Source: a virus. Taken from it: a DNA stretch of 64,000 nucleotides. Every line of letters begins with the position of its first letter. The stretch's first letter is position 1. The stretch is from positions 1 to 64,000 of the IMG/VR virus record IMGVR_UViG_3300024955_000001; one strand, given 5' to 3'. The position numbers and the translations under genes were made by a program. The notes under the pieces are model-generated. The model saw nothing but the letters and a program-made list of their open reading frames with translations, made no database searches and was not told the origin of the DNA. This document shows, in pieces, positions 1-7,871 of the stretch.

Positions 1-138
1 ATGCAAATTGCCACCTGGAATTTCAATTAGTGTTTCAGAGTGGGTCACAACGTCTCAGTAAGTATCGCAAACCGTTGTTTTCATTGGGTTTTTTGATTCA
101 CACTGTCGCACACTGATTCTCATTGGCGCATGAACTCC

Positions 139-174
139 GGGTAGCTAGGTGGGTAGCTACACTCCTAGCTACCC
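139..174 (+). promoter_or_regulatory. GGGTAGCTA repeat cluster and potential stem-loop directly 5' of the integrase RBS
   Basis: GGGTAGCTA occurs at 139-147 and 151-159 (direct) and as TAGCTACCC at 166-174 (inverted). Positions 151-174 form a 9-bp stem with a 6-nt loop, followed by an A-run, AAGGA and ATG 191. Confidence 0.4.
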
Positions 175-190
175 AAAAAAAGGACCGCCG

Positions 191-1468
191 ATGCCCAAAA
201 TCAGCCACACGCTCACCGACATACAGATCAAGCGCTGGATCTCGAAAGGTGAGGCGGTCGCCAAGTCGGACGGTGACGGGCTGACGTTCACACTCTCCAA
301 AGGCGGCACCGCCGCCTGGGTGCTCCGGTATCGCGTTCAGGGCGGACGCCGGCGCGAACTGACCATTGGCGGCTACCCAGACGTGACACTGGCAGCCGCC
401 CGCGAGAAGGCCCGCGCGCTGCGCGCCTCGATTGACGGGGGCGCCGATCCTGCGGCAGAAAAGCAGGAGCGCAAATCGCGCACCGCGGCGGCATGGACCG
501 TGCGTGACCTGATAGCCGACTACCGCGAGAAGGTGCTCCGGCCGGACGTATTTGCCGAGGACACCATCTACTACCGCAATGCGGACATCGATCAGGTGAT
601 CCTGCCGCGCCTGGGCTCCTGGCAGGTGGACAAGGTGAGCAGCATCGATGTCGTGAACGTCCTCAAGGAGAGCGGCCGGACATGGCTGATGACAAAGCGG
701 CTGCTCACCTCTATCTCCAAGGTGCTCGACCATGCCTGCGGGCTGACGCTCATTGCTGCCAACCCGTGCACGGGCATCAAGCTGTCCGCGATCAAGGGCC
801 CACGCCCCAAGACACGCCAGCGCGTCATGCTGGAGATCAAGGAGCTGCAGTCCCTGCTGCCAGGTATCGACTTCATTGGCCGCGAGAACGCCCTGGCTTT
901 CCGCATCCTGCTGGCTACCTGCGTGCGCGGGGTGGAGCTGGTCAAGGCCAAGAAGGAGCACCTGGATCTGGAAGCGGGCACCTGGTGGGTGCCCGCAGAG
1001 TCCGTCAAAACCCGCGCAGGCTTTCTAGTGCCCCTCGCGCCGGTCGTCGTTGACTGGTTCCACGAGCTGATCGCCCTGTCTGGCGACTCCGTGTACGTGC
1101 TGCCCACTCGCCGCGCCGACCGCTCCAAGGAGCTGGGTGATGTGCCTATCGGCCGCACGACCCTTTGGGCGGCGCTGCGGCGCGCGTTTGAGCGCGGCGA
1201 CATGGACATCCGCAAATTCACCCCCCACGACACGCGCAGCACGGCCAAGGGCCACCTCATGAACATGGGAGTGTCACGCGAAATCTCCGAGATTGCCCTG
1301 AACCATGCGCTCAAAGGCATGGAGGGTGTCTATGACGTGCGGGAGGAAATACCGGAGCGTCGCAGGGCCCTGAAACTGTGGGCCGACTACCTCGTGTCCT
1401 GCGAGAACACCGCCCCACCCAGCCGCGAGGGTCGGGCAAACGTGGTGCGCTTGCGCCGGGCAGCGTGA
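191..1468 (+). CDS. int: Tyrosine recombinase, P4-type phage integrase
   Basis: ORF 149..1468 trimmed to ATG 191. N-terminal arm-binding pattern (LTDIQIKRWISKG..DGDGLTFTLSKGGTAAWVLRYR). C-terminal catalytic box HDTRST...GVYD. Confidence 0.92.
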   Translation: MPKISHTLTDIQIKRWISKGEAVAKSDGDGLTFTLSKGGTAAWVLRYRVQGGRRRELTIGGYPDVTLAAAREKARALRASIDGGADPAAEKQERKSRTAAAWTVRDLIADYREKVLRPDVFAEDTIYYRNADIDQVILPRLGSWQVDKVSSIDVVNVLKESGRTWLMTKRLLTSISKVLDHACGLTLIAANPCTGIKLSAIKGPRPKTRQRVMLEIKELQSLLPGIDFIGRENALAFRILLATCVRGVELVKAKKEHLDLEAGTWWVPAESVKTRAGFLVPLAPVVVDWFHELIALSGDSVYVLPTRRADRSKELGDVPIGRTTLWAALRRAFERGDMDIRKFTPHDTRSTAKGHLMNMGVSREISEIALNHALKGMEGVYDVREEIPERRRALKLWADYLVSCENTAPPSREGRANVVRLRRAA

Positions 1469-1535
1469 GCTGGGGCGCATGACGGCGCCGAAATACCGCT
1501 GGCCAACTACGACAAGATACCTCCCACCTAAACAC

Positions 1536-1572
1536 AAAGCCCCGCCCGCATCACTGCGGCGGGGCTTTTTTA
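1536..1572. terminator. Bidirectional rho-independent terminator between convergent int and cargo genes
   Basis: AAA-GCCCCGCCCGC-ATCACT-GCGGCGGGGC-TTTTTT. Stem 1539-1565 with one bulged C, A-run on the 5' side and T-run on the 3' side. Confidence 0.8.
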
Positions 1573-1587
1573 TTGGCGCTCCGGTTT

Positions 1588-2580
1588 TCAGCGTGCCAAC
1601 TCGTCGCGCAGGCGGAAGCCAAGCAGCTCGTACACCTTGTCCTCTGCATGGGCGCGTGCCTCCTGGCGGCCACGCTCAGCGCTGTGCTGCGCCGGATCGA
1701 TGGCACCGTAGTTGACGCCGACCACCTTGGCGCCGTTGCGCAGCACCAGGACGCAGAACGTGAGCAGGCCCAAGGCTCCTTGTGCCGTGAAGGAAAACGG
1801 GCGGAGTACGCCGTCAGGGCTTGCCTCGTTGTATGCAGCGCCTGCCACACCGTCGAAGGCTGTGAAGTAGTGCTCGCTGACGATTTCGGCTTGCAGTGCT
1901 GCAGGCGTCACGCGCGGGCCTTTGCTGGCCTTGGCCTGGATCTCCTGCTCAATAGGCACGGTGAAACTTGCGCTACCGCACAAAAGGTCCATGTCTGCGC
2001 AGCCTTGCGCTCCCGCTAAAAGAGCATCTTCTTGGATCTTGTGGATGTTGTGACCCACAACGCCCCAGTCAGATGCGAGGCAATCATTCACGCTGGGCAC
2101 CCACGTGCTCACCGTGTTGTCCACGTTCTTGATCGCCATGTAGGCGTTGTAGGGGACCATGGCACCCTCGCCAAAGTGCGCCTTGGCCGCGCCTGTCTGC
2201 ACGGGGTAGCTCGCGGGTGGCACTAAATAGACGAACATGCCCTTCCCGTTCCAGCCAGTGCGGGCGATGCGCTGGCCACTCTTGATCGCATCGATGGCTT
2301 GCCCGAAGGTCATCCCGACCGCTGACACAGGCTTGTAGGTGCGCTCAAAAACATCCGCAGGGGACCAACTGATATACCCGGCGTGCCGCGAGTCGTTGGC
2401 CTTACCACCGTCCTGATACTCGACCAGATAGCCAGCATCGGAAGGGTTCTCGCCTGCTGGGTTCTCCCAGCCACGGTAGGCGTTGTATTCGCCACGCGTC
2501 ATTGGCGTGGCATGAAGGCGCTTGGTGCCTTCGTAGAGGGTTGAGGGGGTCATGGCGCTCAAAGGAAGTTGACTCGGCAT
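1588..2580 (-). CDS. Three-module phage protein: small N-terminal phage module, DUF2829-type core (Tad2 family fold), and N4-gp49/Sf6-gp66-like C-terminal module
   Basis: The core MTFGQAIDAIKSGQRIARTGWNGKGMFVYL...MPYNAYMAIKNVDNTVSTWVPSVNDCLASDW fits my memory of the DUF2829 signature. The C-terminus LTFCVLVLRNGAKVVGVNYGAIDPAQHSAERGRQEARAHAEDKVYELLGF looks gp49/gp66-like. Start is uncertain (2580 or ATG 2553). Confidence 0.75.
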   Translation of the reverse strand: MPSQLPLSAMTPSTLYEGTKRLHATPMTRGEYNAYRGWENPAGENPSDAGYLVEYQDGGKANDSRHAGYISWSPADVFERTYKPVSAVGMTFGQAIDAIKSGQRIARTGWNGKGMFVYLVPPASYPVQTGAAKAHFGEGAMVPYNAYMAIKNVDNTVSTWVPSVNDCLASDWGVVGHNIHKIQEDALLAGAQGCADMDLLCGSASFTVPIEQEIQAKASKGPRVTPAALQAEIVSEHYFTAFDGVAGAAYNEASPDGVLRPFSFTAQGALGLLTFCVLVLRNGAKVVGVNYGAIDPAQHSAERGRQEARAHAEDKVYELLGFRLRDELAR

Positions 2581-2603
2581 CCGGCCGAGGCGGGCCGGGT
2601 GGC

Positions 2604-3008
2604 TTAGAAGGCGGCGATGCGCTCGCCCAGGATCACGGACAGCTCGCGCATCACATCGAGCTGGCGGCGCAGGCGGGCCTGTTCTTCGGCCGGCAACGTG
2701 GTGAACACGGGATTGCCGCCGATGAAGGCATTGAGGCGGGTGATTTCGCCGTCGCGGGCGGCCTTCTCGTCAATGACTCGCTGCTGATGGGGAGGCACGG
2801 TGCTGGCGACAGGCTCAGGCATGTCGATAGCGCAGCGCACGAAGCAGTCCTTTGCCTCCAGCAGCTTGCGCATTCCGGCACTCTTCTCGGGGCCGTCAGG
2901 CAGCAGGGTTTCCATATCAAGTGCCAGCTCGCCGATGGGCTTGCTGACGGCCGCCAGCTTGGGCGGCAGGTGTGCGAAAGCGAAATACTTGTTGGTGGTG
3001 GATGGCAT
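2604..3008 (-). CDS. Hypothetical small helical phage protein, cargo partner of the DUF2829 gene
   Basis: 134-codon ORF with normal codon bias. N-terminus FAFAHLPP..LPDGPEKSAGMRKLLEAKDCFVRCAI. C-terminal helical segment RVIDEKAARDGEITRLNAFI..EEQARLRRQLDVMRELSVILGERIAAF. Confidence 0.7.
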   Translation of the reverse strand: MPSTTNKYFAFAHLPPKLAAVSKPIGELALDMETLLPDGPEKSAGMRKLLEAKDCFVRCAIDMPEPVASTVPPHQQRVIDEKAARDGEITRLNAFIGGNPVFTTLPAEEQARLRRQLDVMRELSVILGERIAAF

Positions 3009-3016
3009 GGTGGTAC

Positions 3017-3496
3017 TCAGGGGGTGGGCCCGGCATCCGGCCGGGGCGGGATCACTGGCCAGGCTTCTCGGAGGGTTCGCGCATCACCTGCGTGGCCATC
3101 AGCTTTTGGGACCAGCTCTGCATACGCCGCGCGGCAGTCGTTGAATACGACTCCGAGGGCAGTGGCGTACTCAAGGACGGCGCCGGGGGGAGCTGCAGCG
3201 AGGCGGCGGGCGGCGTCGGCGTTTTGGTCGCGCAGGCCGTCAGAAACACGGTGCAGACGGTCAATTTCAGTGCGCAAAAGCGCTTCACGATCACGGGCAG
3301 CATTGAGGGCTCCTTGGTAAGTCTTGTTGATGCCGCGCTCATCGGCACGGGCCTGGCTCACGGCGCCCAGGCGCTCATTGGTCTGCTCAAGACGGACCTC
3401 GGCCACGGCAGCATCCATGCGGGCGTCTTGGAATACCCAGGTGCCAACGGCGGCTGCCAGGGCTACGACCAGATGGGTTACGAGGGTGAGGTTCAC
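3017..3496 (-). CDS. i-spanin (Rz-like, DUF2514-type)
   Basis: N-terminal TM helix LVTHLVVALAAAVGTWVF followed by a coiled-coil periplasmic domain. The GTG start overlaps the upstream stop (GTGA). A lipoprotein ORF is embedded in another frame. Confidence 0.8.
   Translation of the reverse strand: MNLTLVTHLVVALAAAVGTWVFQDARMDAAVAEVRLEQTNERLGAVSQARADERGINKTYQGALNAARDREALLRTEIDRLHRVSDGLRDQNADAARRLAAAPPGAVLEYATALGVVFNDCRAAYAELVPKADGHAGDARTLREAWPVIPPRPDAGPTP
3052..3303 (-). CDS. o-spanin (Rz1-like) embedded within the i-spanin gene
   Basis: ORF 3052..3348 trimmed to ATG 3303. Signal MLPVIVKRFCALKLTVCTVFLTAC with lipobox LTAC. The mature part is Pro-rich (CATKTPTPPAASLQLPPAPSLSTPLP). Confidence 0.65.
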   Translation of the reverse strand: MLPVIVKRFCALKLTVCTVFLTACATKTPTPPAASLQLPPAPSLSTPLPSESYSTTAARRMQSWSQKLMATQVMREPSEKPGQ

Positions 3497-3627
3497 TGCG
3501 CGCCCCCAAAGAAGCGAGCGCGCAACGCACTACGGCGCCACTTCCCGCGAAGCCGCAAACTGCCCTCCCACACCAGGAACAGCACGGTGCCCGCCCATTT
3601 CAGGGCCCAATCGCGGAGCTTGGTCAT
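3493..3627 (-). CDS. 44-codon single-TM ORF inside the lysis cassette (below the ORF-track cutoff)
   Basis: Hand translation: MTKLRDWALKWAGTVLFLVWEGSLRLRGKWRRSALRARFFGGAQ. The ATG overlaps the upstream stop (TGATG). The stop overlaps the i-spanin GTG (GTGA). Confidence 0.45.
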   Translation of the reverse strand: MTKLRDWALKWAGTVLFLVWEGSLRLRGKWRRSALRARFFGGAQ

Positions 3628-3899
3628 CACGGCTGGGCCTCACATTCCTTGCTGTCGCGGTAGCCGTTGCGGGCCTCTGCATAGCAGGCGCGTGCTGCCG
3701 CATCGGCCTTTGCGCGGTCCTGGCCGCAGGCCTCAAGCACCTCGCCTGCGCGCAGATACCAGGCAGGTGCCAGGTCGGCCTCGGTCGAGGCGGTCTGCAG
3801 CAGCTCACAGGCGCTGTGCGTGGTGCCGACCGGGAGCACAGTGCAGCCAGCGCTCATTACACTGATCAAAACAATATAAATGAGTACATCGAGTTTCAT
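3627..3899 (-). CDS. Small lipoprotein in the lysis cassette, not spanin-like
   Basis: ORF 3627..3929 trimmed to ATG 3899 (ATGA overlap with the endolysin stop). Signal MKLDVLIYIVLISVMSAGC. The mature part has 4 further Cys and is not Pro-rich. Confidence 0.65.
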   Translation of the reverse strand: MKLDVLIYIVLISVMSAGCTVLPVGTTHSACELLQTASTEADLAPAWYLRAGEVLEACGQDRAKADAAARACYAEARNGYRDSKECEAQP

Positions 3900-4534
3900 T
3901 TCTGCACTCCGATCCGCCATGTGCGGCAAATCTCGTCGTTGGAATCGCCGCGCAGCTGCAGGCCTGGCAGCACGGTGGAAACGCCCTGCACCGTCCCACG
4001 GTTCCAGCGCGTGTTTTCTCGGCAGGCGCCTTCCCAGTCCCCGGCATTGGCCTTGCGGCGCATGGTGCTGAACTCCAGCGAACCGCCGCCCTTGTTGTGG
4101 ATGAAGTCCAAAAACGTAGCCTTCTGGAACGGGTCATAGCTGTCCCAGTAGGTCAGCAGGCGCTTGGCTTCGACCTCGTAGCCGATGTAGCGGCGCTTCT
4201 CCAGCCGATAGCAGTCGGCGGGGGTGTAGGTCCGGCTAGCAACCACCTCGGGCCCTGTCAAGCCATTGCAGACGGTGAGCGGCTGGCCCTTGCCCAGCTT
4301 GTCCACGTAGGGCACGCCGATGTGCCGTTTGCTGGATTCGTAGAAGCTCGCCATGACCATGGCGATGCGGATGGCATCGGAAACCTCGGGATCTGCGGCC
4401 ACTGCCTGGATGTAGGCGTTGGTGTTGGCCTCGCGGGTAGCGGCCTCGTCCACGTAGTAGGCCCCGCCACCGGCCCCCATCAGCATGACCAGGGCGACCA
4501 GGCTGGTACGAAGTTGGGCGGGAACGCGGCTCAC
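3896..4534 (-). CDS. Endolysin, phage lysozyme (GH24-like) with SAR-type N-terminal helix
   Basis: ORF 3896..4813 trimmed to GTG 4534 (GTGA overlap with the holin stop). Weakly hydrophobic Gly/Ala-rich helix SLVALVMLMGAGGGAYYV. Lysozyme pattern PYVDKLGKGQPLTVCNGLTG. Confidence 0.85.
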   Translation of the reverse strand: MSRVPAQLRTSLVALVMLMGAGGGAYYVDEAATREANTNAYIQAVAADPEVSDAIRIAMVMASFYESSKRHIGVPYVDKLGKGQPLTVCNGLTGPEVVASRTYTPADCYRLEKRRYIGYEVEAKRLLTYWDSYDPFQKATFLDFIHNKGGGSLEFSTMRRKANAGDWEGACRENTRWNRGTVQGVSTVLPGLQLRGDSNDEICRTWRIGVQK

Positions 4535-4806
4535 TTGTCGGCCCCTAGCTCGCCAAGCTCGGCCGGTTGTGTTGCACCGCGCTCCAGCTCGCGCCGCATG
4601 ATCTGCTGGCGCATGCGCTTCATCGGCAGCTCGTGCTTGATGTAGCCGTAAATCTGCACTGTCAACCAGGCAGCGGACAACACGCCCACGGCAAGGTTGA
4701 CAACGCCAAGGAAGGTGCCAATCCCAAGGAAGGCGGCCAGCCAGTTGACGATGGTCTTGGCCGTCATGGCGTTTTCGGGGTGCAGGATCTGGTCTTTCAT
4801 GACCAT
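4531..4806 (-). CDS. Holin (two TM helices, charged C-terminus), pinholin-like partner of the SAR endolysin
   Basis: MVMKDQ.. has two Met codons near the start. TM segments IVNWLAAFLGIGTFLGVV and LAVGVLSAAWLTVQIYGYI. Basic/acidic tail. Confidence 0.75.
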   Translation of the reverse strand: MVMKDQILHPENAMTAKTIVNWLAAFLGIGTFLGVVNLAVGVLSAAWLTVQIYGYIKHELPMKRMRQQIMRRELERGATQPAELGELGADK

Positions 4807-4838
4807 GGATCATTCCGGCGCGTCCCCAGTTGTCCCAA

Positions 4839-4850
4839 CCCTATACAGGG
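4839..4850 (-). repeat. Late-module motif copy 1 (coding strand CCCTGTATAGGG)
   Basis: Plus strand reads CCCTATACAGGG. Lies 32 nt upstream of holin ATG 4806. Confidence 0.6.
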
Positions 4851-4868
4851 CGGACAGAATGAAAGGCG

Positions 4869-5234
4869 CTACGAAGGGGTACCGCTGCTGCGCGAGGTGT
4901 AGCGCGGCTGGTTCGGCGGGTGGTACTCGCTCGGGTAGTTCTTGCGGTCGAACTCCTTGGTGTAGGCGTTCTTGCAATGGTCCGGGCCCTGCCAAAAGAA
5001 CAGGAGGTTGATGATGGGCATGAACAACTTGCCCAGCACCTTCCCGTCGCGGTGAGCGCGGTACGCGCGCGCAGACAGCGTTTCGTCCGCGTAGCTCACA
5101 GTGCCGTCCAGCGGCGGGATCAGGGCATTGACGAGCTGATCCACGCCAATGAACACCTGCTGCCCGTAGGCGAGAGCCAGTGCAGCGATGCGTTTAAGCC
5201 GACCGGGCGGCGTCGAACTGGAAACCTGCGTCAT
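4869..5234 (-). CDS. Hypothetical protein between the tail-fibre and lysis modules
   Basis: 121-codon ORF with normal codon bias. Overlaps the upstream gene by 41 nt. Confidence 0.6.
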   Translation of the reverse strand: MTQVSSSTPPGRLKRIAALALAYGQQVFIGVDQLVNALIPPLDGTVSYADETLSARAYRAHRDGKVLGKLFMPIINLLFFWQGPDHCKNAYTKEFDRKNYPSEYHPPNQPRYTSRSSGTPS

Positions 5235-5799
5235 TTGCTTCGTCCTCGATAGATGCGGGCCAACCCCCGCTGTAGTCGTAGCTGCCCGGGTCTGGGCTCG
5301 CTTCCATGGTCATCCGGTGGATCTCAGCCGCCATGAAAATGGCTGAGTCGCTGGCCGCCGTGGCCTGCACGATCTGGATTGCCAGATCACGGGTCATCAC
5401 CACAAACACGGGTTGGGGGACGAACGTCAGCGTCTTCCACTGCAGCCCGGGCGGAATCACGAGCGTGGCCGAGGTCAGCGCGAGCTGCTGGATGCGGCTC
5501 TTCTCGTCGCTGTGGAACCAGTGCGCCCCGACCTTGACGCCCAGGGCAGCGCGGCGGTCGCGCTCGGCTTTGATGGCCTCCCAGGCTGCGGCGCGGCGCT
5601 GCTCGATTGGCGGCGAGACATAGGACGCCTCCACCTCTGCAATCAGTGCCTCGTATGGAGCAGCCTGATCGCCCAGCACGGCGCGCAGTTGTCTCATGGC
5701 CGAATTGGAGTAGCCGTGGCGCAACTCCCCCTCGGCAGTGCTCCAAACTAGTTCAATGGATGGCGGGTCATCGCTCTTGAGTACATCAATGAGGATCAT
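5194..5799 (-). CDS. Tail-fibre assembly/chaperone-like protein (DUF4376-type segment)
   Basis: AAWEAIKAERDRRAALGVKVGAHWFHSDEKSRIQQL resembles the DUF4376 pattern. Located immediately after the fibre genes. Confidence 0.65.
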   Translation of the reverse strand: MILIDVLKSDDPPSIELVWSTAEGELRHGYSNSAMRQLRAVLGDQAAPYEALIAEVEASYVSPPIEQRRAAAWEAIKAERDRRAALGVKVGAHWFHSDEKSRIQQLALTSATLVIPPGLQWKTLTFVPQPVFVVMTRDLAIQIVQATAASDSAIFMAAEIHRMTMEASPDPGSYDYSGGWPASIEDEANDAGFQFDAARSA

Positions 5800-5801
5800 G
5801 G

Positions 5802-6422
5802 TCAGTACCCAGATGCGGTCCCGACAGTGCGGGCAAATGTGTTGCTCAATGCCTCATAGGCGCCATTTGTTGCGTTGAGCGTCACCTGCTGCGATGTCCA
5901 CCCCTCCCCGGCACCGGAGCCCATGCTGACCCCGAAGTTCAGAATGCCCGAGCCAACCCCCGACCCTTGCGAGCTAAGCGGAAAATCGATGGCCGTGCCG
6001 TTCTGGATCGATGCCAGTAGGTGCACCTGGTAGGCGAATGAACTGGTGCCATCGGCATTCGGAAAGCGGATGTCAACAAACGTCTGGCCGTTGGTGCCGT
6101 TGTCAACGACGCGCCAAAGATACGGATGCGCGTGACCGTAGTTGTACGAGCCGAGCAGTTCCACTTTGAGGATGCCGGAGCCGTAAGCAGCGCCCTGCGT
6201 GGTTTTTGCAAACGTCACTTTCAGCATCACATGGCGCGTCGGGATGACCAGGTAGAACTCGGCCATGTAGCCAGCGTTTGAGTTCGACATGGAGCACAGC
6301 CGGTACCAATTCCCGGCGAATGGCAGTAGCGTGCCTGTGAGCACTTTGTTGGCCACGAGCACATTCGGGCCAGACATCACATAGCCCTTATCGAACGAGA
6401 GATTGGCGCCGACGTGCTTCAT
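5802..6422 (-). CDS. Distal tail-fibre / receptor-binding candidate
   Basis: ORF 5802..6515 trimmed to ATG 6422 (ATGA overlap). Beta-rich, Gly/Ser/Asn-rich composition. Confidence 0.55.
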   Translation of the reverse strand: MKHVGANLSFDKGYVMSGPNVLVANKVLTGTLLPFAGNWYRLCSMSNSNAGYMAEFYLVIPTRHVMLKVTFAKTTQGAAYGSGILKVELLGSYNYGHAHPYLWRVVDNGTNGQTFVDIRFPNADGTSSFAYQVHLLASIQNGTAIDFPLSSQGSGVGSGILNFGVSMGSGAGEGWTSQQVTLNATNGAYEALSNTFARTVGTASGY

Positions 6423-7147
6423 CAGGCCACCACAAAGACGCGATATTGACCAACGGTTGGCGCTGTGGAGAAAGTGAGCTGGATCGTGTTGACCCCATTG
6501 GCCACCCAGTCGCACAGCACACCGGCATCGCTACTGACCTCTCGCACGCTCACGGAAACGTCCTTGGTGTTCAGGTTGTGGGTGACGGTGATGGTCGTGG
6601 CGGTGCCGTCACCAACAGTCGCACCCACTTTGCGCGCCACCACCGCAGTGTCGATGGCAATCACGCCGCCAGTGATGGCGGCAATGCCCAGCCCTGCCGT
6701 GTAGCTGGTGCCTCCGCCCACCTGCACCCAGACCAGCGCCGTAGTGCCCAGCGTGATGGGCGCATCGGTGGTCATCTTGAACTGGGCGTTGCCGTTGGTG
6801 GTGCCCTCGGACACGAACACCGTGGCTCCAAGCACCTCGGCGGCAATATCGAAGTCGGTGGCACGGGTCCAGCTGCCCGAGGCTGCCACGTAGATGCCGT
6901 TGGCGGAGCCGCTGGACTGGTCTTTCACCAGCACGCGGTCCCCAGCCACCACGCTCACGCCATCGATGGTCTGGGCGCCCGACAGGGTGATGTTGGCCGT
7001 GGTTGCCGCGCGCACTGGCTCTTTCCACTTGAAGCCCTGGGCCTGGGCATCGAGCTGGGCCTTCGTCACCGCGTCTTGCGGGTTCACAGCGTCCTGCAAA
7101 TTCGCCAGGCGGTTGCCGTTGGCGTCAAAGATATTGGTAATTTTCAT
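6422..7147 (-). CDS. Tail fibre protein
   Basis: N-terminal fibre motif NRLANLQDAVNPQDAVTKAQLD. GAGGAA RBS 7 nt upstream of ATG 7147. Confidence 0.7.
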   Translation of the reverse strand: MKITNIFDANGNRLANLQDAVNPQDAVTKAQLDAQAQGFKWKEPVRAATTANITLSGAQTIDGVSVVAGDRVLVKDQSSGSANGIYVAASGSWTRATDFDIAAEVLGATVFVSEGTTNGNAQFKMTTDAPITLGTTALVWVQVGGGTSYTAGLGIAAITGGVIAIDTAVVARKVGATVGDGTATTITVTHNLNTKDVSVSVREVSSDAGVLCDWVANGVNTIQLTFSTAPTVGQYRVFVVA

Positions 7148-7158
7148 GGTCTGATTCC

Positions 7159-7509
7159 TCAGTTGCAGTAGGCGTAGCCGATGTAGGGCGCCCCGTGGGT
7201 AACCTGCACGATGTCGGCGTCCACATACAGAACGTCAGCGGCGAGCAGATTGCCCAGGTGGTCAGTGACCGCGACGGAAGGGCGCCGCGACAAGTTGTGA
7301 GCCACTGTCCAGACAGCGGAAGGGATTGCCTGCGTGTGGGTGTATGTGGCACCGCCAGCTGGTCCCGGCGGGCCAGGAGGTCCTGGGGGGCCCTGCTCTG
7401 CAACAGCCACAACCTCCGTAATCTCAACCTCGTCAACGACAGTGCTTTCAACCTCGTCGATGACAACATCGGTCAGCACTTCCTCAACGCAAGCGCAGTT
7501 AGACGACAT
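7159..7509 (-). CDS. Small collagen-like fibre-associated protein
   Basis: Acidic V/E repeats (VIDEVESTVVDEVEITEVV) followed by GPPGPPGPPGPAGG. Confidence 0.6.
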   Translation of the reverse strand: MSSNCACVEEVLTDVVIDEVESTVVDEVEITEVVAVAEQGPPGPPGPPGPAGGATYTHTQAIPSAVWTVAHNLSRRPSVAVTDHLGNLLAADVLYVDADIVQVTHGAPYIGYAYCN

Positions 7510-7843
7510 GGGTTGAACCTTCGCGGATGCCTACGCTGCCAGCGGCAAACGGAGTGACATCGCCGCCTGGATGGTCGATCAGCAAGTCATAGGTGCCCCG
7601 CTCCCAATTGATAGCGCCTGTGACTTCGTCAGGGACAACGAGGTCCACCGTTCCATTCACACCGCCGAGAGTGATGAAGGCGGTCAAATCGAGCAGCAGT
7701 GCGCCTTCATCAGAACGGATCTGCATACGCGCTCCGCACCCTGTCAGGTCCACAGGGGTCCCGCTAGGCGTCTTCCAGCGCCAGCGCTTTCTGTAAGTGC
7801 CGCGCTTGTAGATCGTGAGGTTGCTCTTGATCGGCGTGTTCAT
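7499..7843 (-). CDS. Hypothetical virion/tail-associated protein
   Basis: ORF 7499..7879 (TTG) trimmed to ATG 7843 (MNTPIKSNLTIYKRG..). Confidence 0.6.
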   Translation of the reverse strand: MNTPIKSNLTIYKRGTYRKRWRWKTPSGTPVDLTGCGARMQIRSDEGALLLDLTAFITLGGVNGTVDLVVPDEVTGAINWERGTYDLLIDHPGGDVTPFAAGSVGIREGSTHVV

Positions 7844-7871
7844 GCCCTGCAGTTTTCCGGCTGCAGGGCAT
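7842..7871 (-). promoter_or_regulatory. Perfect 11-bp stem-loop covering the start codon of gene 7499..7843
   Basis: The mRNA reads AUGCCCUGCAG-CCGGAAAA-CUGCAGGGCAU. The A and U of start codon 7843 lie in the 3' arm. Confidence 0.5.

Noticed and set aside
1-138. An AT-rich segment left of int, considered as attL or a tRNA remnant.
   Set aside because: It shows no tRNA-like structure, and no matching direct repeat is available because the other prophage end lies outside the window. The call cannot be made from this sequence alone.
98-961. A 287-aa minus-strand ORF overlapping the integrase gene.
   Set aside because: It is antisense to a clearly recognisable integrase and has low-complexity, Arg/Ala/Gly-rich translation.
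5802-7147. A BPP-1-style diversity-generating retroelement acting on the tail-fibre genes.
   Set aside because: I see no reverse transcriptase ORF and no template/variable repeat pair anywhere in the window.
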